Part shown: piece by piece, positions 18,116-26,932 of the stretch | Layout: each line of letters begins with the position of its first letter | Position numbering within the stretch: the first letter of the stretch is position 1 | Virus record (IMG/VR): IMGVR_UViG_3300027970_000001 | Location: 1 to 64,000 of that record | Origin: a virus | Strand: one strand, 5' to 3' | DNA: 64,000 bases | Made by a program: the position numbers and the translations under genes | Notes under the pieces: generated by a model | What the model was told of the DNA's origin: nothing | The model's database searches: none | Seen by the model: only the letters and a program-made list of their open reading frames with translations

Positions 18116-18293
18116 CCTTCTCGATGCCGCTTACGCCATCCTCGAAGACGTCCTCAAGCACGATGACGTTCGGGATGAGGCCCTGAGAAGGCGCATCGAG
18201 GCGATGCTGCTGGAAATCGACGACCTGCGCGTCAAAGCCATGCTGCTGGGACCGTCGGACGATCGGCCGAATCTTGACAGGCCCAAGAACTGA
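18102..18293 (+). CDS. Small hypothetical protein
   Basis: Overlaps the upstream stop; amphipathic helices. Confidence 0.55.
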   Translation: MTMTSLLDAAYAILEDVLKHDDVRDEALRRRIEAMLLEIDDLRVKAMLLGPSDDRPNLDRPKN

Positions 18294-18578
18294 ACGGTTT
18301 CTTGAGGCAGCCGCAACTTTTGTCGCGCAGCAGAGGCCCCTACGTTGACAGGCGGCCCAGGGCAGGGCAGGGTGGCCGAGCACGCTCCATGAAACACAAA
18401 GACCCAGGAGGTACTCCCCCCTGGGTCTATTGCGGCGGAAACAGAGGGGTCGCAGCCTCTGAATCCGCTGAGCCTACGCCGACCTGACCGACGTAATGAA
18501 CTCTGAAGCCGACTATAACCTCGTTTTCCTCGGCGGACAACCCTCTGCTGATCTGACCTCCAATAAGGAGGCCCGGTC

Positions 18579-21500
18579 ATGAGCGAGGCGCTTCGCCAGC
18601 TATACGAGTGGTACCGCACCGCCCCTGAGTCCGAGGTCTACACAGGCTGGGACAAGCCAGGGTGGATCGACGCAAGGCGCGGCACCAGGGCACGAGAGCT
18701 TCTGGCCGAGCTAGTCGACCTGGAAGACAGCATCGAGTCCGCAGACGCCGCGCTCGCGCGCTTGTGCTCCGACTCGGTCAATCCATGCCTCGGCTTCAAC
18801 AAGCCTGAGATCAGCATCCAGGTGTCTAGGCGAAAGGCCGGAAGCGCCGCTCTGCTCGTCAAGTTCGCCCTTGCGGACCGCAACAGGGCGAAGAAGCTCT
18901 CCGATCGAGGACTGCTGCCGCCGTCCAACACTCAGTTTGACCTCTTCGGAGAGCGCCCAGCAGCGACCGAGACAGACCAAAGCGCACCTTCAGGAGGCCA
19001 CGCAAGCAAGGGAGACGGCTTTCGTGAGGCCACTTTGTATGGTCAAAGCAACGAAGATGGCTTTCGTGAGGCCACTTTCGAGCCAGCTTGTCACGCTCAA
19101 AGCAACGAAGATGGCTTTCGTGAGGCCACTTTCGAGCCAGCTTGTCACGGCTCGGTCCTCAACAACCAGACACCTTTGCTTGGTGTGTCCTCCAAAAACG
19201 CGCCTTCAAGCAAGGGTGACTGTTTGGAGGGTGGCTCATCAGGGGCTCTCGGTGGCACATGTTCGGACGTCGGCGGCTCTGATTGGCACAGCGCAGACGA
19301 GCTTGACAATCTGACAATCGAGGCCGATTTGTTCGCCTCTGGCACAGTTGAAGAGACCCCTGTTGGGGGCGACGAGGGGGCTGGCTGGGCGGACTGGAAG
19401 GTGGACGCCAGCACGTGGGCCAAGCTCCCAGAAGAAGAGCGTCAGCTCATCTTGGAGTGCGACGACTGGCGGTACGAGGACCTCGAAGCGACGTTCCAGG
19501 GCACCGAGCAGCCGCCTGAGGAGGAGGCGGGCGATACCTGCCAGCAGGATGCGGTCAACGAAGCCATCGAGGCCATGGGCAAGAAGGCCCGCTCGGCAAG
19601 CGCGTACGTTGACCCCCCCGAGACCAAGGACTGGTCCGATGTCAGCCAGTCCGTGCTCCTTCAGACCTTTCAATGGGTCCATCAAGCAAGGCAGCGTCCG
19701 GGGCAGCTACTCGTTAGCGCACCAAGCCCCGGAACCGGCAAGACCTTTGCCCTGGTCCAGGCCGCGTGCGACGAGCAGGACAACGAACGTCGCGTAATCT
19801 TTGCAGTTTTCAGCAAAGATCAAATCCTTGAGGTGGCCGACCGGTTCCGAAAGGCCAAGACGATGGTGCGGCTCCGCGTCATCACCGGCCGAGATGAGTC
19901 AAACTGCTGGAACTACTCAGCAATCGAGGCGGCGGTGGCATCCGGCTACTCGCCCGGAAGCACCGTGTGCGTGGGGTGCGACAGCTACCCAAAGAATACT
20001 GGGGCACCGTCCGAAATCTGCCCGTACTACACGACCAGGCTCCTGGCGACGCAGGAGTACAGGGTCGCCAGGCGGATGATCCCGGCCAGGTTCCCGATCA
20101 TCCTCACGACCCACCAGGGCGCTGTGCAGGCCCAGCGCCTTGCTCGTTCGCGTTACGGCCGGTTCTGGGCTGTGAACACGGTCATTTTCGACGAAGACCC
20201 GTCGGCCGCGTTTGAAAAGATCGACGTCATCCAGTCAGATCACCTCAACTACCGCAACCCGCGAGACCCCAAGTCCGAGCTGAGCGCCCTGTTGGCCGAA
20301 TCCATCAGGATCGCCACCTATGAGCGGCAGGTAGCCCAGGCGCGTCATTGGACCAGCGTGACCGAGCCGTCGGAGTCGGATGCCATCCACTCGCCCCGAG
20401 GCTCGACCTATGTCTCGACGGAACTCCATGACTTGCTTGAGAAATCCGCCTCGTCTCCGATGATGGCAGCCCTGGCGCGAGGCAAGACGAAGTCCGCCCG
20501 AGACCTGGTGCGCTCCATCCTCTCGCAGAACGCCGACTTCGCCCCCGCCCCCGGAACCCTGGCAAACCTCAGCGCGGCCCAGGTCGCCGCCGCCTACCCG
20601 CACAGGGGCCTCTACACCATCGCAGAGCTGCTGGACCGGGAATACTGGGCGGTCGATGCAGACCGGGCCTCAGGGGCGAACTCAAGGCTCAGCTACCAGG
20701 TCCGCCTGGAGCTTTCCGGCGGCGAATGGCAGTTCGTGACCCATCAGTACGAGTCGTACATGGTCCCCAACCATACGATCATCGTCGGAGACGCGTACGC
20801 CAGACCAGACCACTACTCGGCGCACCTCTTCCCGAGATACCAGACCACGGTCATCCAAGACGTGGCTCATTGGCCAGAAAACGCCTACTTGATGAGGCAT
20901 TTGTCCAGGTCCAGCCTCTCGGACATCGCCAACAGCAAGGAGCAGTTCAGGACGTACCTGAACGCAGGTGTGGCAGACGTGCTGCGTGTTCAGTTCGGGC
21001 GAAGCGTCCTGATGTACTGCCACATGGCCGTCAAGGAGTGGCTGACCGAGTGGATTTTGGAGACCGAATCACGTTGGGGCATGAAAGAGTGGGCGATCGA
21101 GCACTTCGGCAGCGGGCGCGGCAAGGACCAGTACAAGGACTTTGACACGTTCATCGCAACAACCGAGTACATCCCCAACATGGGCGGCCTGGTCCACGCT
21201 GCCAACGCCCTCTACCCAGGGCTTGCAAGGGTTGAGCATTGGAGCGGCGGCAAGCAGCGCAGCGGCTGGCAGAGCTTCGGGCACTCCATCTCCAGCATGG
21301 ACGAGCGCCTGCGCTCCGTGTTCGACCGCAAGTGCGTCGATGAGCTTGCCCAGGCCATCCACCGCGTCCGCCCTGCCATTCCACGCCCGAGCGGCGCACC
21401 GCCCAAGCTGATGGTCGTCTTCGGGCACCACATCCCGCTGAACCGAGAGCTTCTCTCTGCTACGAGCTTTGCCCGGTTCCCCTGGAGCGCCGAAAACGAG

Positions 21501-21989
21501 GGCTTGCAGGTCGACGAGAACAAGGGCCAGCGCATCACCTCAGACAGCCTCACGGCGTTCGTCAACCCGGAGGAAATGGCAGATGCCATTTTGTCAATCT
21601 ACGAGCGGATGGGGTACTGGTCGAGCAGTATGGCACACGTCTTGACGGTTGATGGCACAGATGGATTGGCACAGATTGATGCAGCAAAGCAGAGTAACGT
21701 GTTTGCTGAGGCCCAGGCTCTAATTACTCTCTTAAGCTGTGGCCTTAGCAAACAGTCAACTCTGCTTGATCGAGTCCAGCATCCTCCGGCGGACTGGGAG
21801 GACATGTCGCTTCGTGTAAGAAACTCCCGCACCTACAAGACCGCCATCGAGATTGCGTCCAAGCGCATGCCAGCCCCAGCCCAGTGCAGCTTCGGGAAGC
21901 GACGGGCGTCCTGCTGGGGCGATACCAAGAAGTTTCTCCTGCTGATGCAGGGGTACCTGCAACCGAAGACCTCCGAGGTGCCGTTTTGA
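18579..21989 (+). CDS. Large helicase-like replication/origin-binding protein with 4-Cys cluster
   Basis: PGTGKT, VIFDED, C..CxxC..C between motifs (DinG/XPD-like), GRGKDQY, QAIHRVR; SD AAGGAGG. Confidence 0.65.
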   Translation: MSEALRQLYEWYRTAPESEVYTGWDKPGWIDARRGTRARELLAELVDLEDSIESADAALARLCSDSVNPCLGFNKPEISIQVSRRKAGSAALLVKFALADRNRAKKLSDRGLLPPSNTQFDLFGERPAATETDQSAPSGGHASKGDGFREATLYGQSNEDGFREATFEPACHAQSNEDGFREATFEPACHGSVLNNQTPLLGVSSKNAPSSKGDCLEGGSSGALGGTCSDVGGSDWHSADELDNLTIEADLFASGTVEETPVGGDEGAGWADWKVDASTWAKLPEEERQLILECDDWRYEDLEATFQGTEQPPEEEAGDTCQQDAVNEAIEAMGKKARSASAYVDPPETKDWSDVSQSVLLQTFQWVHQARQRPGQLLVSAPSPGTGKTFALVQAACDEQDNERRVIFAVFSKDQILEVADRFRKAKTMVRLRVITGRDESNCWNYSAIEAAVASGYSPGSTVCVGCDSYPKNTGAPSEICPYYTTRLLATQEYRVARRMIPARFPIILTTHQGAVQAQRLARSRYGRFWAVNTVIFDEDPSAAFEKIDVIQSDHLNYRNPRDPKSELSALLAESIRIATYERQVAQARHWTSVTEPSESDAIHSPRGSTYVSTELHDLLEKSASSPMMAALARGKTKSARDLVRSILSQNADFAPAPGTLANLSAAQVAAAYPHRGLYTIAELLDREYWAVDADRASGANSRLSYQVRLELSGGEWQFVTHQYESYMVPNHTIIVGDAYARPDHYSAHLFPRYQTTVIQDVAHWPENAYLMRHLSRSSLSDIANSKEQFRTYLNAGVADVLRVQFGRSVLMYCHMAVKEWLTEWILETESRWGMKEWAIEHFGSGRGKDQYKDFDTFIATTEYIPNMGGLVHAANALYPGLARVEHWSGGKQRSGWQSFGHSISSMDERLRSVFDRKCVDELAQAIHRVRPAIPRPSGAPPKLMVVFGHHIPLNRELLSATSFARFPWSAENEGLQVDENKGQRITSDSLTAFVNPEEMADAILSIYERMGYWSSSMAHVLTVDGTDGLAQIDAAKQSNVFAEAQALITLLSCGLSKQSTLLDRVQHPPADWEDMSLRVRNSRTYKTAIEIASKRMPAPAQCSFGKRRASCWGDTKKFLLLMQGYLQPKTSEVPF
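19017..19149 (+). repeat. Three 20-bp direct repeats within a 54-bp tandem duplication
   Basis: GGCTTTCGTGAGGCCACTTT at 19017, 19059 and 19113; 52-bp units 19044-19095 and 19098-19149 are identical. Confidence 0.9.
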
Positions 21990-22633
21990 ACCAGAGCCGA
22001 GTGGAGCACGACGGGTTCGTGCATGAGTTGAACATCCCCGACGAGCTGCTTGCGTGGGGCGAAGACCCGAAGGTCCACAGGCGATGGCTCGACAAGGGTC
22101 TCGTTGCGGACATCCGCAGGTTTGCGATTGCCGCCGCCGAGGCGCCCCTTGAGCCTGCCGACACCGAGCGTCTGCTGGCGAGCCTTGAGTCGCTGTGCCG
22201 AGAGGCTGCTGCGGCAAAGCGGGTTGACCTGCTGATGAGCCTCGACCTGGCGACGGCCGAGTGGCTTGACCTGACAATGTCTGCGCCGACGGGGGATGGC
22301 GGCCAGATCGTGATCGGACGCGGCGGCCAGTTCAGTTTTCAGGAGATGCGAGCCATCCTGGCATCGTCCGATCCGGCCAAGGCAGCGGCTGTGACCAGGC
22401 AGACCAAGCAGCTTTTGGAAGCCGCCGGATGGGGCGACCAGCTCCACACGGAGGTCAAGGTTGATTCCGACCCGATTGTGTGCGAGTCTTGCGCCCAGCC
22501 TATGGGTTCGGTCATCATCCACACGCATGGCGGGGGAGCGTACTGCGGTCGCTGCTGGTCCGACATGACCTCACCGATGCCGACCCACCTCCAAAAGATC
22601 GCTGCTGCGGCGGCTCGAACCAAGGCGAAGTGA
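21986..22633 (+). CDS. Hypothetical protein with C-terminal zinc ribbon
   Basis: TTGA overlap; CESC...CGRC. Confidence 0.65.
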   Translation: MNQSRVEHDGFVHELNIPDELLAWGEDPKVHRRWLDKGLVADIRRFAIAAAEAPLEPADTERLLASLESLCREAAAAKRVDLLMSLDLATAEWLDLTMSAPTGDGGQIVIGRGGQFSFQEMRAILASSDPAKAAAVTRQTKQLLEAAGWGDQLHTEVKVDSDPIVCESCAQPMGSVIIHTHGGGAYCGRCWSDMTSPMPTHLQKIAAAAARTKAK

Positions 22634-23322
22634 TGCAGGGCGCAGAGTTTGGTGGGATTCAGCCGCTCAACAGCACGGGCCAGCTCGCAAAGTACGGCGA
22701 CACCGCGCAGAGCTTTTTGATCCTGTCTGGCGCAGGCGGGGACATCAACTACGGGGCGATTCGGGAGGTCTCGTCGTCGATCGGCGCCTACCGCATCGGC
22801 CAGCAGATCTGGTTTCAGCTCAGCATCTTCCAGAATCCCGTAGGTTCCGCAAACTGGCTCACCCGCCTGCGCCTGAAGCCCTGGTGGCTTTGCGAGAACA
22901 TCGAGTTCCGCGCACCCGGCGTGCCCTCGTGGCTCGGCGTGGACCAAGCAGCTTTTTCTGGCGGCACGCGCACGGACAACCGGTACTGCTGGAGCCCGAG
23001 CCCCAAGCGGCTTGACATCACTCCGTACAACACCGCCCCGCCGGCAATCCCCGTCCTGCCGAACAGCGACTCGGTGTTCCTCGACGACGCGTGGACGTTC
23101 GACCTCGAAGACCCGAACGACCCAGCGTACGCGGCAACGGTGCTGACCGGCCAGCTTCCCGTCCGAACGGCATCGTTCTACTACCCGTCCCACGGCGTGG
23201 CGATTGGGTTCACGTACGAGGCCACGTGGGACTCTACGCCTGGCGAAGGCGACGACGTCAGAATCCTTCTCCGCTGGAAGACTGGCACGACGAACTCGCT
23301 CGTGCAGGAATCGATCGGCTGA
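22633..23322 (+). CDS. Beta-rich putative virion structural protein
   Basis: First gene of the spike cluster; aromatic/beta-strand pattern. Confidence 0.55.
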   Translation: MQGAEFGGIQPLNSTGQLAKYGDTAQSFLILSGAGGDINYGAIREVSSSIGAYRIGQQIWFQLSIFQNPVGSANWLTRLRLKPWWLCENIEFRAPGVPSWLGVDQAAFSGGTRTDNRYCWSPSPKRLDITPYNTAPPAIPVLPNSDSVFLDDAWTFDLEDPNDPAYAATVLTGQLPVRTASFYYPSHGVAIGFTYEATWDSTPGEGDDVRILLRWKTGTTNSLVQESIG

Positions 23323-23325
23323 ACC

Positions 23326-24534
23326 ATGCGTTGGCCCGTACGAATCTCACAGCCTGGAAGCGGCGGGGGGCCTCCGCCTCCCGGCGACTCACTAGACCGC
23401 TTCGCGCCGAAGTACCTCGTCGGCAACACGCCGAACGGCGACACGGCGACCACGACCGGCACCGCCGCGGGCTTCACCTACTTCGCGGACCCCGGCGACG
23501 GCACGGGCATTATCGCTGCTCTCGCGGCGGCTGCGACCACCGCGGGGGATGTTTGGATTCGCCCGGGGACGTACGTCATCTCGCAGAACCTCGTCGTGCC
23601 TCCCGACGTCGCGGTGCGGGGCGCGGGACCGTCCACGATCATCGTCGGGGCTCTGGGCACCATCAACCAGGGCCTGTTCACGATGCGGGCCGGCTCAAGC
23701 CTTCGGAGCATGGCTATCACCCACAACGAACCGACAGCGCCCGCGGTCCCCGGCACGAGCTTCGGCGTGGTGGGCCTGTACGAGGCGGGTTCGGTTGTGA
23801 TCGAGGACGTGAGCGTCACCTCGGTGTGGAGCGGAGCGACGAACACCACGCTTAACGCTTGCTTCTCGGTGTCCACGCCGGCCCCCGCCAGCGCAGCTTT
23901 CATGAAGTGCTTCCGGTGCAGCGCCACCTACGAAGCCAACGGCGACAACGACCCGGTGTCGAACATCCTGCTGCCTCTTTGTGGGTACCGGGCCTTCGAC
24001 GCCAACCTCGAACTTCTTGAGTGCGACAGCGCGTTCTCGCAGTTCGGGTTCGGCCCTTCGGTGCTGTGCGCCGGCAGTTCGGCCATCGCGGGCAGGGCAG
24101 CGCAGTCCCTTCGAGTTGAAGGTGGCAGGTACACGGCCCAGGCCATCGGGATTGCATCGCAGTCCACCGGGGGCTTCATCCCTCAGATCTCGCTCGTCGG
24201 GACGCGGGTTCGCTGTGCCACCGGGTTCAGCAACAACTCGTATGCCGTGGTCAAGCTGGTGGGCGACGGGAGCCACAGCGTGACGGGCTCTTGGCTCAAG
24301 GCCGCGACGAACGCGGGCGTCCTGATCGATCCGTTCGGGGCGGCGGCGGGGGCGTGTAGGGGTCAGATCGGAAACAACACGATCGAGACCGCCGCGCTTT
24401 CCAGCGCCTGGCAGAGCAACCCCGGCGGGGCGACCGAGAGCTACCACACCTTCATCGGAAACACCTACAAGGGTGTCATCGCCGGTCAGACGACCGCGAA
24501 CGACGAAGTGGCTCACAACATCAGTCTTCCTTGA
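23326..24534 (+). CDS. Spike protein A, pectin-lyase-like beta-helix
   Basis: GDVWIRPGTY..VAVRGAG motif; G/A/S/T-rich; ends DEVAHNISLP. Confidence 0.7.
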   Translation: MRWPVRISQPGSGGGPPPPGDSLDRFAPKYLVGNTPNGDTATTTGTAAGFTYFADPGDGTGIIAALAAAATTAGDVWIRPGTYVISQNLVVPPDVAVRGAGPSTIIVGALGTINQGLFTMRAGSSLRSMAITHNEPTAPAVPGTSFGVVGLYEAGSVVIEDVSVTSVWSGATNTTLNACFSVSTPAPASAAFMKCFRCSATYEANGDNDPVSNILLPLCGYRAFDANLELLECDSAFSQFGFGPSVLCAGSSAIAGRAAQSLRVEGGRYTAQAIGIASQSTGGFIPQISLVGTRVRCATGFSNNSYAVVKLVGDGSHSVTGSWLKAATNAGVLIDPFGAAAGACRGQIGNNTIETAALSSAWQSNPGGATESYHTFIGNTYKGVIAGQTTANDEVAHNISLP

Positions 24535-24545
24535 GGTGATTGCAC

Positions 24546-26924
24546 ATGGCTCTCCGATCTCCCGTTGCGTTCCACAACTTCTGGGGCGCGACGTTCGCAA
24601 ACGCGGGCGTGCTACCAAACACCGCAGGCTTCGTCATCGCTGCGCCCCTCAACCTTGAGGCTGGCGACTTCGCCTATGTGACCGGAGATTCGACGTTCTA
24701 CGTCTGCACGTCGCAGGGAACGCCGGGAGGCGGGGATGCGGTCTGGGTGGCCCTCGCAACTGGACCCGTTGCAGACGCCGATCGATTCGCGCCCAAGTAC
24801 CTCGTCGGCGGACCCAGCGACAGCGCCGCTGCCCTCCTGAACGTGAACGGCTTCAGCTACTACCCAGACCCTGGAGATGGGTCGGGCATCGAGCTGGCTC
24901 TTCAAGCCGCCTTGGCTGCGCCTGGAGACGTGTACATTCGTCCCGGCGCGTTCGACCTTACCGGAGTTTCCTCCCTCCCTCTGGTAGTCCCTGCGGACGT
25001 GCGCGTAGTCGGCGCGGGCAACACTACTGTGCTCCAGCACTCGTTCGCGGCAGGCTCGGGGACCGTGTTCCAGCTTGGCGCGGGCGCAGAGCTTCGGGAC
25101 ATGAAGATCGAGGTGACAGACACCGGAGACGGTAGCGGCAACGGCGTTGTCGAGGCGACCGGCATCGGTCGGGCGTACTGCGAGCGAGTCGAGGTGACGC
25201 TCATTCGTGACCCTGCCAGCACGAGCACTCTGCTCGCTGCGTTCTTCGCGGGCGACGGGGCAACGCTTGAGCAGGATCGCTGCGCTGCGCTCCTCGACGG
25301 CACCAACAGCACGCCTGGAGGCCCCCCTGCGCCCATCGAGCCGGTGGCCCCTCCCGCTCCCACGGGCACGACGTGGACCGTGGGCACTCTCGGTGGCGAG
25401 GACTACCCAGACATCAACACCGCTCTGGCGAACGCGAGCGTGGTCAACGGTGATCGCCTTCTCCTTTCAGCGGAGACGTTCACCTCGACGGCTATCACCG
25501 TCAGCAAGCAGGTGACCATCCAAGGTGCGGGGCTTGCCTCGACCGTGGTGCAGACGGCGGGAGCGGCGGGCGATCCGGTCGTTCTGTTCACCGTCTCTAC
25601 CAGCAACGTCACGCTGCGCGATATGACGATCAAGCAGCGCAAGACGACCAACACGAGCATCGAGGCCGCCGTTTCGATCACGGCGGGTGCGGGGTCGAGC
25701 GGGCACTACATCGAAGCCGTGCGCGTCGAGACGATGGAGTTTGGCATCGTCGTGAAGAGCGACGGGTGGCAGGTCAACAACTGCGAACTCGCCTACGTCG
25801 GCCCCAACAACTCGACGCGACAGCTGCTCGCGATCTACAGGTCGGCCATCCAGGGTCTGTTCACGAACAGCACGTTTGACTCCGGTCAAGACGGCATCAT
25901 CACCGGAAACACGCGAGTGGTCGCAGTCACTACGGGCGCGGCTCCTCCTGACGAGGTGCTTGGAGGGTATCTCAGGCTCGGGAACATCACCCCCTCCAAT
26001 GCCTACCCGGTGCAGCAGTTCTTCAACTGCGACTACTTCGCACCGGCGGCGGCGGCGTTGACGTTCTACGTTGACGGCTGCACCACCAACGAGACGAGCG
26101 CGTTCATCGTTTTCGCGGAGGGTCCGACGCAGCCTCCTCTTTCGCAGAGCGCGTCCATCGTGCTGTCGGGCAACACCCTGACGAACGCTCACGGCAAGGG
26201 AGCGATTGCGCTGAACGGATCCGGCGCACTTGGCAACCCCGGCACCACCGTCTTCTACGCAGACAGCAACACTCTCGCGAGCACGGCGTTCCTCGGCACG
26301 TTCGTCACGGGGATCTCCCCGGCATCTTCTCCCGCAGTCGAGGCGCAGCTTGGCTACGATACCGTCCAGTGGACGAACCCGTCGCAGACGATCCAGGCCA
26401 GTCCAGACGTGCCTCCCATCCCTGCCGACTCGCTGGCGGGGTGGAGGGCGACGGCGGGGAGCATCGGCGGCAAGCTGCGCCTCGATATGGTGCGGCACAT
26501 CGGAGGAGACGCTGGTGTGGTGGCCTTCGGGCAGACCGACGTGGACGAGAGCAGCTTCAACCAGTTCGGCGTCGTGGGCGTCTACTGCGCTGGCGCGGAC
26601 CTCGCTGTGACTGGCGGCACCAAACTCGCCAGCACCAATCCGGCAGCAATCGGGATCCAGATCGCCCAGACCGTGTCGGACATCAACCTGCTCGTGAACG
26701 CTCGCATCGCGCTTTCCGTAGATCAGGCCACCTCTGTCGGGATCTTGAGCGATGCGGCGACGGGTCAGATCACGGCGTGCCGGATCTCGGCCAACACAGG
26801 CATCGACACGAGTGCGGGAGCGGGAGCGGGTGTCGCTATCGGCTTCAACGTGATCAACGGCACCGCTCCTCAGATCGTAGACAACGGAACGACCGACGAG
26901 GTCGCCCACAACATTCTGTTCTGA
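24546..26924 (+). CDS. Spike protein B, beta-helix with inserted second beta-helix
   Basis: Shares DRFAPKYLVG, GDVYIRPG and DEVAHNI with spike A; Pro-flanked insert of about 360 aa. Confidence 0.75.
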   Translation: MALRSPVAFHNFWGATFANAGVLPNTAGFVIAAPLNLEAGDFAYVTGDSTFYVCTSQGTPGGGDAVWVALATGPVADADRFAPKYLVGGPSDSAAALLNVNGFSYYPDPGDGSGIELALQAALAAPGDVYIRPGAFDLTGVSSLPLVVPADVRVVGAGNTTVLQHSFAAGSGTVFQLGAGAELRDMKIEVTDTGDGSGNGVVEATGIGRAYCERVEVTLIRDPASTSTLLAAFFAGDGATLEQDRCAALLDGTNSTPGGPPAPIEPVAPPAPTGTTWTVGTLGGEDYPDINTALANASVVNGDRLLLSAETFTSTAITVSKQVTIQGAGLASTVVQTAGAAGDPVVLFTVSTSNVTLRDMTIKQRKTTNTSIEAAVSITAGAGSSGHYIEAVRVETMEFGIVVKSDGWQVNNCELAYVGPNNSTRQLLAIYRSAIQGLFTNSTFDSGQDGIITGNTRVVAVTTGAAPPDEVLGGYLRLGNITPSNAYPVQQFFNCDYFAPAAAALTFYVDGCTTNETSAFIVFAEGPTQPPLSQSASIVLSGNTLTNAHGKGAIALNGSGALGNPGTTVFYADSNTLASTAFLGTFVTGISPASSPAVEAQLGYDTVQWTNPSQTIQASPDVPPIPADSLAGWRATAGSIGGKLRLDMVRHIGGDAGVVAFGQTDVDESSFNQFGVVGVYCAGADLAVTGGTKLASTNPAAIGIQIAQTVSDINLLVNARIALSVDQATSVGILSDAATGQITACRISANTGIDTSAGAGAGVAIGFNVINGTAPQIVDNGTTDEVAHNILF

Positions 26925-26932
26925 GGTAGACC

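Noticed and set aside
18389-18487. 32-aa ORF MKHKDPGG...
   Set aside because: No SD or coupling; overlaps a hairpin; unsupported
19017-19149. Direct repeats as a CRISPR mini-array
   Set aside because: Intervening sequences are themselves duplicated, the repeats are in frame in a CDS, and no cas genes are present
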